Assembly: GCA_009103225.1 (NCBI GenBank)
Contig: RHPI01002069.1
Coordinates: forward strand, 1,470,744 to 1,534,743
Origin: Chlorokybus atmophyticus
Lineage: Eukaryota; Plantae; Mesostigma and Chlorokybus algae
DNA: 64,000 nt
Direction of reading: 5' to 3'
Shown here: in pieces, positions 48,619 to 60,289 of the stretch
Position numbering within the stretch: position 1 is the stretch's first letter
How the letters are laid out: each line of letters starts with the position of its first letter
Made by a program: the position numbers and the translations under genes
Notes under the pieces: generated by a model
What the model was told of the DNA's origin: nothing
The model's input: only the letters and a program-made list of their open reading frames with translations
Database searches by the model: none

Positions 48619-48811
48619 GGGGGATTGATGAAATACGGTAAGGCTAGTGCTAATGTATGTGCTAATGCATGCCAGCGGCTGGCCGTGGTTGCTGCGGAGT
48701 TGAGGTCATCAATGGAGCAGCCTCAGTTCTATATCACACACAATTGTGGCACAGTGCGTGCCAAAGACTGCAGCACTGCATTCTTTAGTCATTATGATAG
48801 CATGCTACAAT

Positions 48812-48850
<39 letters not shown>

Positions 48851-49442
48851 GTATTTTGACATTCGCTTGTTTTTATATATTACAATGTTAATTGGACTTC
48901 AAGTCTTGGAGGTATATAAGAAACTTGGACGTTGCGTTCAAGTCTGCTATTGAAGAATGAAACCATGTTTAATGCTTCATATGATTAGCTGATCAGAAAT
49001 AAATGAATATGCGACAAATCTATGAACAAATACACAGACTATTGATTATATCCATTGTACATTCACTAGCCCATGCTGAGATACATCAAGCAACATCAAT
49101 CGCAAGAACATCGTATTGGTCATTCCAGATTGCGTTACTATGTTCAAGGAGTACTGTAATCAACAGATACAATTGCAGTGCAATCGCAATCACGTCAAAA
49201 CGTCTCGCGAGCACGAGAAGTCGTCAGCACATCATCATCCGCCTGCGTGGCGGCGTCGAAGCCGTCGACATGGCCTTGTACGACTGCAATCTTGAGCCTT
49301 CGGATCAGCAGCAGCAGCAGCAGCAGTCCGCGGTCGCTTCGACGTTGGCCCCCCGTCCTCAGCCAGGCAAGCAGGATATTTCGCGAAGCGCGTTAGGCAG
49401 TAGTGGTGCTAGTGTCTCGGGCGTCGTGGTTAGTGGGCGACG

Positions 49443-50634
49443 ATGGCGGCCATGGCGAGGATGGTGTCCGCGGCGCAGGCAACTTCTTCTGCTACGACTG
49501 CCTCTCTGTGTCTTCCGGCCAGCAGCAGAGTCAGCGGCTTCAGCGTCCCGCAGCTGCCTGCGCGGAGGCGGCGCTCGCATGGGCACAAGGCCGCGGCCGT
49601 CCGGGCGGAGGCGGCCAAGCCCCAGCAGCAGCAGGAGGAGGTGCCCGCTGCGTCCAGCCCGCAGAGCAACGATAGCAGCTTCGACGGCGCCGTGCGGTTC
49701 CTGGCCAAGCCGGTCGCTGCTGCCCTGGCTGCCGCGCTCGTGCTGGGCGCTGTGCCAGACGATGCCCTCGCCGCACAGGTACGACGCACTGTGCCACTTT
49801 CTGCTGCCTAACGCCTCGTCCTAGAGTCAGTCGCATCGCCGCTTGGCATGTTGTCGGTATCTCTTGGATGAGCTGAGCTTAGGGTTTTACACCCAGCAAG
49901 AGCATTCTGTGAATGGTTTTCATCCACTTGAATTGCTTGTTTGGAGCGGGAATGGTGTGTCGCCAAGCAGCCATGCTTTCCATCATGCCCATCTGGTTTC
50001 TGACCATGTACCGTATGGCACAGTTTCTGCGTCGCCTTTTGTACGTGTGTTCTTTGCTTGCCAAACTCACCGTTGCTGCTCAGGGTGGAGGTCGTGTGGG
50101 TGGACGTGCTTTCCGCTCCTCAGGTCCTAGCATGAGAACAGCTCCAAGCCCACGTCAAGACTATGGGTACGTGTTGCATGTCTGCATGCAGGCACATAGC
50201 ATCTTGCACGGAACTGCCGCAGCACCCATACACACTACCGCACTTCCTGCGGTGCAATTGTATGGTTTGGAGTAAAGGCCAGATATGGCACACATGGTTG
50301 TCTTGGACCGGTCAGCGCACAACCTGCACAATTTTGCACGCGGTTGTTTGGCATTGTGTGCTGACATTATAATGCGTGTAGGTCTCGCTCGGCCCCACCG
50401 CCTTCTGGAGGTTACGGCGGCGGTTATGCTGTGCCCGTGCCGCAGCCATACTTTTCACCCTTCGGTGGCTTCTCCCCCTTCGGCTTCTCCCCCTTTGGCT
50501 TTGCACCCACGTTTTTCCTCGGGGGCAGCAGTATCTTCAACCTGTTCGTCATGCTCATCCTTTTCCAGGTTGTGTTCTCCGTCATCAGGGGCTTCATGGC
50601 AAGCCGGAGGCGAGACGACGATGACATGTACTAG
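49443..50634 (+). CDS. Plastid-targeted membrane protein similar to Arabidopsis At5g57345, 3 exons
   Basis: Ser/Ala/Arg-rich transit-like N-terminus, then ALAAQ|GGGRVGGRAFRS, a Gly/Tyr/Pro-rich linker, one TM helix and an acidic tail RRRDDDDMY. Exons 49443-49778, 50084-50168 and ~50381-50634. Confidence 0.7.
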
Positions 50635-51445
50635 ACTGGGCCACAAGTGGTATGGTCATTCAGGGTGGATTGTAGGTATTATTAGGTAGGGAAAGCGAGA
50701 GAAACGTTGGCAACCAGTAATTATTATTGTTGTGACCAAGCTGTGCATATAGGGATGGTGCGCCTTTGCCAATGTGGTGCTGATAGGTCTTATGCTAGTC
50801 AGTGAAAACAGTACTGTTACGGGCAGCCACGTGTGGTCTGTGGTCTGTGGTACTGTCTTTAAGATTATGCACTGTGCGTGGAACCACATCAAACACAACA
50901 CCTGTAGCTTGGCCGCGTGTTGCACACAATTGTGAGGCATGTGGTGTCAAACACCAGTACCTAGGTGAGTCATGCCTTGGCTGTGTCAGAGCGCAACTGA
51001 CCAGTGCGCCAATGCGTGCTGAAGCTTGTGTCATGCGAGTTGCATCACAACTTTACATGATGCCCAAGCATTGTGTGCAGCATGCAGCTTACGAATCCAA
51101 CATGCCATTCCCTCTCTCTTTACCCAGTGTCGCCGTTGTGGCTGTGTATGGCAGTTGTTGTTGCCGCTGTTGTTGTGCGCCTTGCCACTGTTTTTGCGTA
51201 TGCCATGTGCCACGCACATCAACCCAACCGAAGCATGGCAAGGCAGAACATGCGGTCAAAGTAAAAGGGCAATGCCCTTGTTCAATTGATGCCAACTTGA
51301 CTCAGTCGCCACCAGGACGAAACACCCCAATCGCGTCACTCACAGAGAGGATAACGACAGCGTCGGCGTCATCATCAACAACAACAGCAGCAGCAGCAGC
51401 AGCAGAAGCCGGTGTGTGGAAGGGAGATAGAGAGCGCAGGCGGCG

Positions 51446-53224
51446 ATGGCGGCGCCGTTGGTGCTGCTGGTGGCGGCGGTGTCGCCGCCGTGTGCGCTGA
51501 GCTGCAGTGTCAGCCGTCGCCCTTGTCGACATGCCAACACCTGCACCACGTCGACTACCACCAGTAGCAGCACACCAGCAGCAGCAGCAGCAGCAGCAGC
51601 GATAGGCGACGGCAGAAGTAGCTGCGGCCGGTGCAGGCCTGGTCGCGTGGCACGCCCTGCTATCAGGAGCCGCAGGACGAGGCTCACGAACGGCCGCTGC
51701 CGATCCTCATCAGGCACGACCGTGATGCTATCAACCCGCGTCTTCTCCGTCGCTTGTTGTTTGGTCGTTGACATGCATGCACGGATAGTCTCTACCCCTT
51801 GCACTCAACTTCACTCGCTACCGCTGCTGTTAGTTAAAGTCAAATCACACTCAGCAGATGGCAGCAGCGAGAGCAGCAGCAGCAGCAGCAGCAGCAGTGA
51901 CGTTGATTCCGAGAGGAAGGAAGCGGCGAGTGGTGCGGTTGTGGCGAAGGACGCAAAGCCAGCAGAACGCAGCGACCCCTCTCCCTCGTCGCTCCCGGCG
52001 TGGGTGGAGAGCACGGTGTGGCTGGAGACGGCAGGACACGCCGCTATGGCAGGCCTCGCACTCGTACTCCTCAAGGTGTTGTTCTGCCCTTTCGCGTCCT
52101 GCATGCAACCCGGCGTAGAGGTGATGTTGATGTTGAGGATGATCGTCTCATGCGTTGCAATCCGCGTGCATGCGCGCAGGTGTCTGCTGTGGAAGCTGCA
52201 CAACGACCGGGCTGGCTCGCACCGGTACGCGTGTTTGCAAGCACGAGATGTAGCAACATCATAAGCTTGTTGTTGTCGATTGACTTTGTTGAAACACTCC
52301 CGTATGACGTTGCCATGCTCGCTCGCAGGATGTTCCAAACGGCGTGTTGTGGACGCTGCCACTGGTTGCGTCCATGTTTGTGCTGAGAGGTGAGAGGTGC
52401 GCACGCGCTGCTGTTGAACCAATCGTCACTTGTGTCTCTGTGTCGCTTCTTCATGTTGTTGGGTTGCGTGCTGAGCCACACGAGCGGCATGAATCAGCTG
52501 AGCCCCTGCGGCAGTGGCGTGCGCTCAGCGAGTACGAGGACTTTCTGCGGGAGTTTGTGGTGCCATTTGTGCGCAAGAAGTCGAGCTTTGACATGCTGCT
52601 GCTCGCTGCTGGTGAGTGCATCCTCGTGTGCATGTGCGCGAACATGCACGTGTGTGTCTTGAGAGAGACACTGCAACTGGTTGCATGCCAGCATGCCAGC
52701 TAACAGTGCTATGTGTGGTGGTCTGTCGACTAGGTGCGGGCGTGAGCGAGGAGCTTCTTTTCAGGGGCTTCGGACTTAATGTTCTGGCGGAACGCCTCCC
52801 GCCTTTGCCTGGGTGGGTGGACAGTTGCTGATTTGTTGCCGCCGTGTATGTGTGTGCCTGTGCATGCGCGTGTGTAGGTTTGTACTTTGAATGCCTCTCA
52901 ATCCACCTGCTGCTTGCAGTGGTGTGCAAGCCGACGTAGCAGCAGTTGCAGTGTCCGGATTGGTGTTTGGTTTGTTGCACGCGGTGACCCCGGTCTATGC
53001 CCTCTTTGCAACGTGGGCCGGCCTACTGCTCAGCACAGAATACGTGGTATGCACACACCCTCACGCAGGCATGCTCTGCGCACTGCTGTGTTGTCTTGAC
53101 ACTGCGTGTATATGTCCAGGTGACAGGGCATCTGGGGGCCCCTATGGTTACACACGCGCTGTACGACTATGTCGCTCTGCTGTACCTGCGCACTCTGCCG
53201 CCTCTGCAACGCGACGCCAGATAA
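51446..53224 (+). CDS. CPBP/Abi (CAAX-type II) intramembrane protease family protein, probably plastid-targeted
   Basis: GVSEELLFRG, LVFGLLHA and THALYDYVAL motifs across GT-AG exons. Confidence 0.88.
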
Positions 53225-53587
53225 CAGCAGCGCACTCTGGATCAAAAAGACACAACTACGCATGCAATATCAAGAAGCGATACGGGGATCACACGCCAAC
53301 ACCGCATCCCAGCATGAGCAACAGCCCCAGCTGGCAGTTGCGAGTTAGCAGCTCAAGGTCACAAGGTAGGCAAGAGGTAAATGCAAAGCAAATGTACGAG
53401 CAGAGCCTGAGTCCAACCTGTAGTGTGGTGCACAAATATGCGTACGGGCACACAAGCAGTATGTCCAGCCAGTCACGCTGTTGCAACACTGAAAGACAAG
53501 CACAGGCGCACGTCAACGAAGATTAAACAACATCGTGGTAAATTCCACCCCTCTGTCATGTGTGTGCACGGGTTGTCTACAAGGGGG

Positions 53588-54032
53588 CTGGGGTAGAGGT
53601 GGGCAGGCGGCGGCGGCGGCCATGGGGCGGCCTCTGTGGTACGACGTGGCGGACAGGCCGGCCACAAGCGCTGTAGTGTGCGCTTGCTGCGCGGCGTGGG
53701 CTGCGCTGCAGCGTCGGGGCGGGCTGGGCTATGAGGACGTGGGGATGTCGTACATCAAGGTGGTGGAGGAGGGCCAGCTGTGGCGAGTGCTCTCATCCGC
53801 CTTCTCCCACCTCTCACTGCTTCACTTGATCTTCAACATGTCGTCGCTCTGGACCCTCGCCCCCGCATCCGAGGTGACACTCTCACCCTCCTCGTTGTTA
53901 GCATGATGAGTTGTTTCGTTACTCTCCAATCACCATCTGCATGTGTATGTGTGTGCAGTGCAGGCGAGTCCCGCGCTAGGCACGCGCAAGTATGTGTTGC
54001 ACAGCTGCCAGCTGCTCCTCCTGGCGTCTGCG
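53588..54032 (+). pseudogene. Apparently identical 445-bp partial copy of the RBL13 5' region (42447-42891)
   Basis: Includes 5' UTR, exon 1, intron 1 and part of exon 2. No differences seen by eye. Ends at a single N (54033). Confidence 0.8.
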
Positions 54033-54936
54033 NGGGCCTCTGGCGAGCAGAGTACATGTACTCCGCGGCATTTCAGGACAGTCAACATGACATTTATGTT
54101 CATGCATAAGTACCCGTATAATCTACCAACTTTTAAAGATGACAATCAAACGCTGCACAAAGTCATGTCATCAACTCGAGCATTTGCCTCGCACCCAAAA
54201 CACACATATGGATGCCACAATCCTTGCATACTATATTATATATACCTCGAAATGCGTCTTGCTTAGCACCCCCATTGATGGCATCTTCTCGACATCGACA
54301 TCACACATACACTGTTTGCAATATAGTCGTTATATTGTATTGAGAATGAGAATATTTTCGCCAATACAAATGAGGGTATGTCCTTAATGATGATGATCTT
54401 CCAATGGTATTCACTACCTCAATCTTGTAATGTACAAGCCATTGTGCGAGTCTGTAGTTATCTGCAGGCATTTATTGTTCATTACCAATCTTCTATTAAG
54501 ATTGGTAATGAATAATAATTTTGGTGCTGGTAGCTGTAATATAACCAACACAGAGTTGCTGAATACCAAACTCACCGAAAGGGGCCATGTGCAAGCAACA
54601 TCTAAACTAGGACCTAAAGCAACGACCCTTAAGCAGCAACAGAAGCATAGGTAGCAAACAACATAGAGGAAGGGTGACTTGCAGAGCGCAAGAAGCACTT
54701 CAGCAACAAAAAGAATGAGTTCATTCAGCTGTGTGACGGTATAATCATCTTGTGCTGTTCTACCTAAGACTGGAGTATGTAGGCCTACCACCTACCCCAA
54801 TCATTTTATTATTCAGCCAAAGCTGCAAGTCTCCGTACTAGGAGTGGTGGGGGAATGTCGGGTGTTGAATTGATTTCCAGGCAATTTAATGCGACAAGAG
54901 CAAAAGGTAGTCGGCCTAGTAGGGGGCGCATGGATG

Positions 54937-55009
54937 CGCCGCCCGTGGGGCTCGAACCCACGACCACACGGTTAAGAGCCGTGCGCTCTACCGACTGAGC
55001 TAGGGCGGC
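54937..55009 (-). tRNA. trnK-CUU: tRNA-Lys(CUU)
   Basis: GCCGCCC acceptor stem, AGCTCAGTCGGTAGAGC D-arm, CACGG-CTCTTAA-CCGTG anticodon arm and GGTTCGAGCC T-arm; 73 nt. Confidence 0.97.
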
Positions 55010-55091
55010 CAGAACTGGCAAGAACAGAATATTTTACGCATATAAACGGTGCCTTGCAAAGGGCCACGTCGGCCTGACGCTGTTCGATGGT

Positions 55092-56313
55092 ATGGGTGGC
55101 ATGGCTGCGCTGTCCGCGGCGGCGGCGGCGGCGGCGACGGCGGTGGCCTGCCTCCAGCACGCTGGACGCCGCGGCCTGCATCGCACTAGCCCATCCCCAC
55201 GACTGACTACTCCTTCAGCCTGCTCAGCCGCTCCTCCTTTCTCAGGCCACCGCCGCCGTCGCTGGCATCTCGGCGTCACTTGGGACGCCGCCCGCAAGCA
55301 GCATGCACGCCGTCAGGCCACTCCCGCTGCTGCCCCGCCACCTCCATGCTCCGCCAAGATGATCGTGCCAGGCAAGTTCCCGCCGCCGCAGCAGCATGCA
55401 CGCCGCCTGCTGCGGCAGATCCCATGCATGCTCTTGCCATGCACACACTGTTTCAGCTTGTGACATATCAACGTGTTTCAAATCTTGAGAGAATACGGCG
55501 CTGGTCTAGCTGCTATCAGATAATAATAAGAGGGCATGTGTTGCGTTGTTGTGGCAGTGTCCTGTCATGATTGTGCCAGTGAGACCAGTTTGACAGGCAT
55601 AGCACGCCAGCAGTGCGGCAAGATGCTACTCCCATGTGTTGCTGCACACACTGGCGATGGATGGATGGATGGTTGCATGCATGTGTCATGTCAACGCGAA
55701 TATCGCGATGTATGTGTGAGCGTGTTGGTGAGTGTCGGGGTGTGGGAGTGTGCGTGACACGGCGTGTCAGTGCGGCGTCAAGCGAGCGTCACAGTGTGGG
55801 ATTCGCAGCACACCATGTGTACATGCAATGGTGGCTCTCTCTGTATGCACACGCCACGGGCAGCAAGTAGAGCATCGCACACCCGCTCGGGTGCGTCGGT
55901 ACTCCATCCGTCGTCGCAGAGCATGCATGAAGCTCACCGTGTAACGCGCGCGCGCGCGCGCAGGTTTCGGTGAGAAGTCTCCCGAGCGCCGCGGCGCCGA
56001 GCAGCTTCACAACTTCTTCACGTACGTTGCCGTGCGCATCGTTCTGGCTCAGCTGCAGGCGTACAACCCCGAGGCGCACCGCGACCTGCGTTCCTTTGTG
56101 GACGCGCACTCCCTGTCGGACGGGGACGCGTTCCTGGTTGCGCTCATGCGAGAGAGCCCCGCCCACGCCATGCGCGTCATGGAGGTGCGAGCCGCCTACG
56201 CAGAAGAGGACTTCGAGTGGGACAACCTGCAAAGACTAGCCACGAAAGGCATTGCAAAGGCAAACTCCGACATCATGCGAAGACACGTCTCGGAGACAGC
56301 CAACCTGGAGTGA
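55092..56313 (+). CDS. RBCX: Rubisco assembly chaperone RbcX (plant RbcX1-like), 2 exons
   Basis: Transit-like N-terminus, then MIVPG|FGEKSPE..LHNFFTYVAVRIVLAQLQAYNPE..DGDAF..MEVRAAY..DFEWDNL. The GC-AG intron 55372-55963 restores the frame. Confidence 0.92.
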
Positions 56314-57199
56314 TGGGTGATGCACATGGTTGTAGTGTAGTGTAGTGCAGTGTAGTGTAGTGTATATCTCGCTGGTGGTGCACGAGCGCGGCGGATGCTT
56401 GTGAGACTGCACTGTTGGTGTGGATGGCATGCTTGCAAAGTAGTGGCTGCAGCTGTGACTGTTACTTGTTTACAGGACTGCCACAACACTCGTGCCCAGC
56501 GCTGGTGACAGTATGTACTGCTGTCTAGTGGGTGGTGGAGGTGCTAGTGTAGTGTTGCGCGGTGAGAACAACCATTGCGTAGCAGGCCAGACAGCCGAGT
56601 CCACATGTCCACATGCGAATGAATGAATGAATGGAGCCAGCAGCAGTCTCGCTCGACTCACAAAGCCGTCGTTGGCGTCACGCAACACGGCGGCGTCTGT
56701 CTTTACTCTGGCAGGCTTAGCTCGTGGCACCTTAGCGACGCCAACAGCCGGCGGAGGCGGTCGGTCTCCATGCCTCCTCAGACTCCTCCTCTCATTGGAG
56801 GTGCATGTTCACCTTGGTGTGTGTGGTCGGCTCGTTCTACTTCCTACGGCGCTAGAGCGGTAGGAAGCAGGCTGCTGTTGGTCCAGCTGGCTTGCCAGTC
56901 GCCCGTGGCCTGTTGGCGGCAGCGTACTTGCTGTTCGCCTCTCTTCGCATGCAAGTCCGTCTTGTCTGCGTCAATGCCTGCGAGGCATGCGAGACAATGC
57001 CGCCGGTGGATGCTGCAAGTTTCCTCTAGTGTGTTGATCCACGGCACGTACCATGTCTACCTTGCAACGTTGTCTACGTTCCGCCACTCCGCGATCCAGT
57101 CTGTGAAGCCACCATGCATGCATGTGTCTTGATGTATGGCGGCGAATGCTGCATGTTGGGGACCCCACCACAGGTGGCACATGCATGCTTTGCCTGCCA

Positions 57200-60100
57200 T
57201 ACAGCCCGATGATCTGCGGAAGCGGAAAGCGGAAGCCTCGAGGCTTCCTGTTCCGTCCCGGAGCCAACGCCGCGCATGCGCTGTCTGCTTCAGACGCCAG
57301 AAGACGCACCACCACCAGCAGCAGCAGCAGCAGCAGGTGGAACAGGCGCATGCTGCCTACCGGGCAGGCACAGGGAAGCAGCTAGCCCTGGCGCCCCGCA
57401 GAGTGGGCCTCTGCCTGTTGCTGGCCGTGCTGCTCCTGGGCAACCGTTGAAGCGCGGGCGTGCGGCAGGTCAAGGCGGGATGGGTAGCCGAGTGCAGCAA
57501 AAGGAACTTCGGGCCATTCAAGGAAGCGCGGTCAGCGGCAGACGTCTTCAAAGTAACTACCAAGCAGAGCAACAGCAAGAGCAGCATTGGCGGTCTCAAG
57601 ACGGTGAGACGCAATGCTCGTGCCTGCGTTTGTGGCATAGCCGTGTCAGCTTGGTCGTATGTCAAACCAAATGCTTGAAGTCTGTGTGGTCGTGCGTCTT
57701 CATCCCTGCGACACTCAATCAGTGCAGAGCTCCGTCTCTCATCGAGCAGTCGCCAAGACGCACTCGTGTGCGTGTAGCGTTTGTCAGTGCGCAGCAGATA
57801 GTCTTGGTGTGACACTTGCATGCATGGACAGCAGTAAACGGGGTAGCTGCATGGCTGTCGCACTGGACACTGGACTGCCGTGCAGCAACACGCATAGACA
57901 CCCAAGGCATGCACGCCGATCTATGCCTTCCTTCACTCCAAGTGTCGTTGTTGACCAGCAACAGTTGGGCTCATGCTCAAACAGAAGTACGTGTTAGCGT
58001 CGCATTGAGCATGCAGCACAGTGCATAGTGTGCGCTTGCCTCGTGGGGCGAGGGCTTTCAGGTTGTTGCACCAACGGTCAACGCCTTTTGGTCGCTTTGT
58101 CAGCAGGTGATGTGGCTGCGGTGCAGCCGAGGGAAGAGCCATCACACGCGCGCCCTATCACGCACGACCAGCCAGGAGGTGAGGTTTGTGGCAAAACAGA
58201 AGCACGTGCAGCAGTGTTCCTTTGCATTTCTACTACCCACTGTCATCTGTGTCAGCAGCCAAGGCGGTGCGTCGGCGATGGAAGCTGGAGCTGCAGAGGC
58301 TGCAATTCCCGTGGTGGCGGACGGGACCCACACCCAGTATGCGTGCACACAGTGTTAGGCGCGCTGCACGACAATTATGTGGTACACCGCAAGCATTGCT
58401 TGTGCAGGCAAGCGCAGCTGGCTGCGACGGGCCCACGCCAGTCGTAGCAAGCAAGCCCGTGAACCGGCGAGCACCAAGCAAGCCCTTGAATCCCGCGCAC
58501 GTGTTGGTGGATGTGCAACAACTACTTTGGGCCCGCAACAGCTCAGCCTGCCAAGGTATGTTTGCCGCATTACTTCAGTCCCAACCTTACAATGTTGTGA
58601 TCGACGAGAGTGGTCATCTACTAATCTCCAGGCAAGCGCATGCCGCATAGGGCGCCGGCCGTGACAGCAGGAGGAGAAGGTAGGCAAGCACCGACGCGAA
58701 CGGGACGTCAGTCAGAACGCCCATTGGGGCCGGGAAGGCACAAGCTGCTGCTGCCTGGCACATCCAACACCCGCGGTGAGGATGTGGCTATGTGGCTGCG
58801 TCCATGCTACGCTCTTCTTAACAAGCGATATCAGATTGCGTGACCCTAATTCTGCAGCAAGAACTGTCGTTGTCAAACACAGAGTCGCGGGCATTGAGAA
58901 GGCGACGCCGTCTGCCCCACCATCGATGGCGCATGCGGCGCAACACCAACACACGACGGCTGCCAGAGGCCATTGCAGAGAGACGCTCGCGCGCCGTGAG
59001 ACTGCAGCGGTGATTGCCTGCACACAGCCGCGGCAGCGCGCACCTACTGCCAGGACAGTCCGTCGCAGCCGAGAAGGTTAGCAGCGGAGGTGTGCTGTGG
59101 AAGGACAGACAAACGAATGTAAACAGCACGTGAGATCAACAACGCCTGCGACACCGCTGAGATGGGTAGGCATAGTTGCCTACCTACCTTATCTTCTTGG
59201 CATATGTCATGACAGGAAGGTGTTAGTGCGTTAGCGGCCATCCTTGCTGCACCAAGCTCACTTCTCGCTCGACTATGCTACACAGAGGTGTCGGATGCAG
59301 CGAAAAGCTTGCTCACACTCTTACACGACCACGAGATCCATTGGCAACCGCTTGCGAGTTGGCACAACCTGGGCCACCCTTCATGCTCCCTCGCAACAGC
59401 TCAGGTGAGCACATGGCATGCACGGGATGCACTCATTGTTGTTCGTGTGTCCGGCAGTGGCTCTCATTGGCGTTGTGAGTCGTGCGACAGTGTAGACGTG
59501 TTCTGCATGTTGTTGTTGCAGAGCGCAGCGACCGTGACGCGCCATCACGACCAAGAAGGCCGATTCCAACAGGTAAGCAAGCTGCTGCTGCCGCGATAAG
59601 ATTGGACAGGGCTTGCCCTGTGACATTGAATTCCGCCCCTGTGCTGTACCAATAGGCGAGGGGCCGATGGACGAAGCTAAGCTTGCGCGTCCATGGCGGT
59701 ACTACATGGACAATCCCGTATGGTTGGACAGCGAGACCCGCGGCGGCATCACCCTTCGCCGTCGTGTGGGTCAGCCGCGCATTCGCAACTACCCCGTGCT
59801 GCAGGGCCGCCTGGCGCAACTGCACAGAGGCAACCACGCCGAAGACCGCAGGCAGGCGCTGGTGTCGCTGTGCGGTTGCTGTCGGTGGCGGAGGAGATGA
59901 TGGGAGGAGACGGAGGGGTGGCCGCGCTGCCGGTCTACGTGAGACAGCGGCTCGGACTCGGGGGGGGAGGGCGCGCTGCTCGGCACTGGGGAAAGAGGCG
60001 ATGGCGTCAACATGCAGCAGCACAAGTCGCATACCGTGACCATCGTCAGGGAGGTGAGTCGTTGTGCGTGTGGCCAGGTGTAAAGCATATGCAGATTGGT

Positions 60101-60289
60101 TTTCCTCGCCTCATTTATCGCACAAATGTGAGCGGTGTGAACAAGTTAAAGTTCCTTACATCTATGCTGTCACACCTTACAGGTGGTGGTGCTGGACGAC
60201 TAGTTGTCAACAATGATGTATGGCTTGAGCGGCGTGGTTTGAATTGCCAGTATGTCAGCAGTAGCAGGTTGTGGTCATGCAAGGCCTGA
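57200..60289 (+). CDS. Possible hypothetical multi-exon gene
   Basis: GC-rich segments with splice-like borders (e.g. 59524-59571 and ~59608-60054). Reading frame and family are unresolved. Confidence 0.25.

Noticed and set aside
48155-48641. ORFs spanning the N run
   Set aside because: They are open only because of the assembly gap.
59693-60050. GNAT acetyltransferase motif A (GAGVAVRLLSVAEEM)
   Set aside because: The resemblance is weak, the frame is uncertain and the other GNAT elements are missing.
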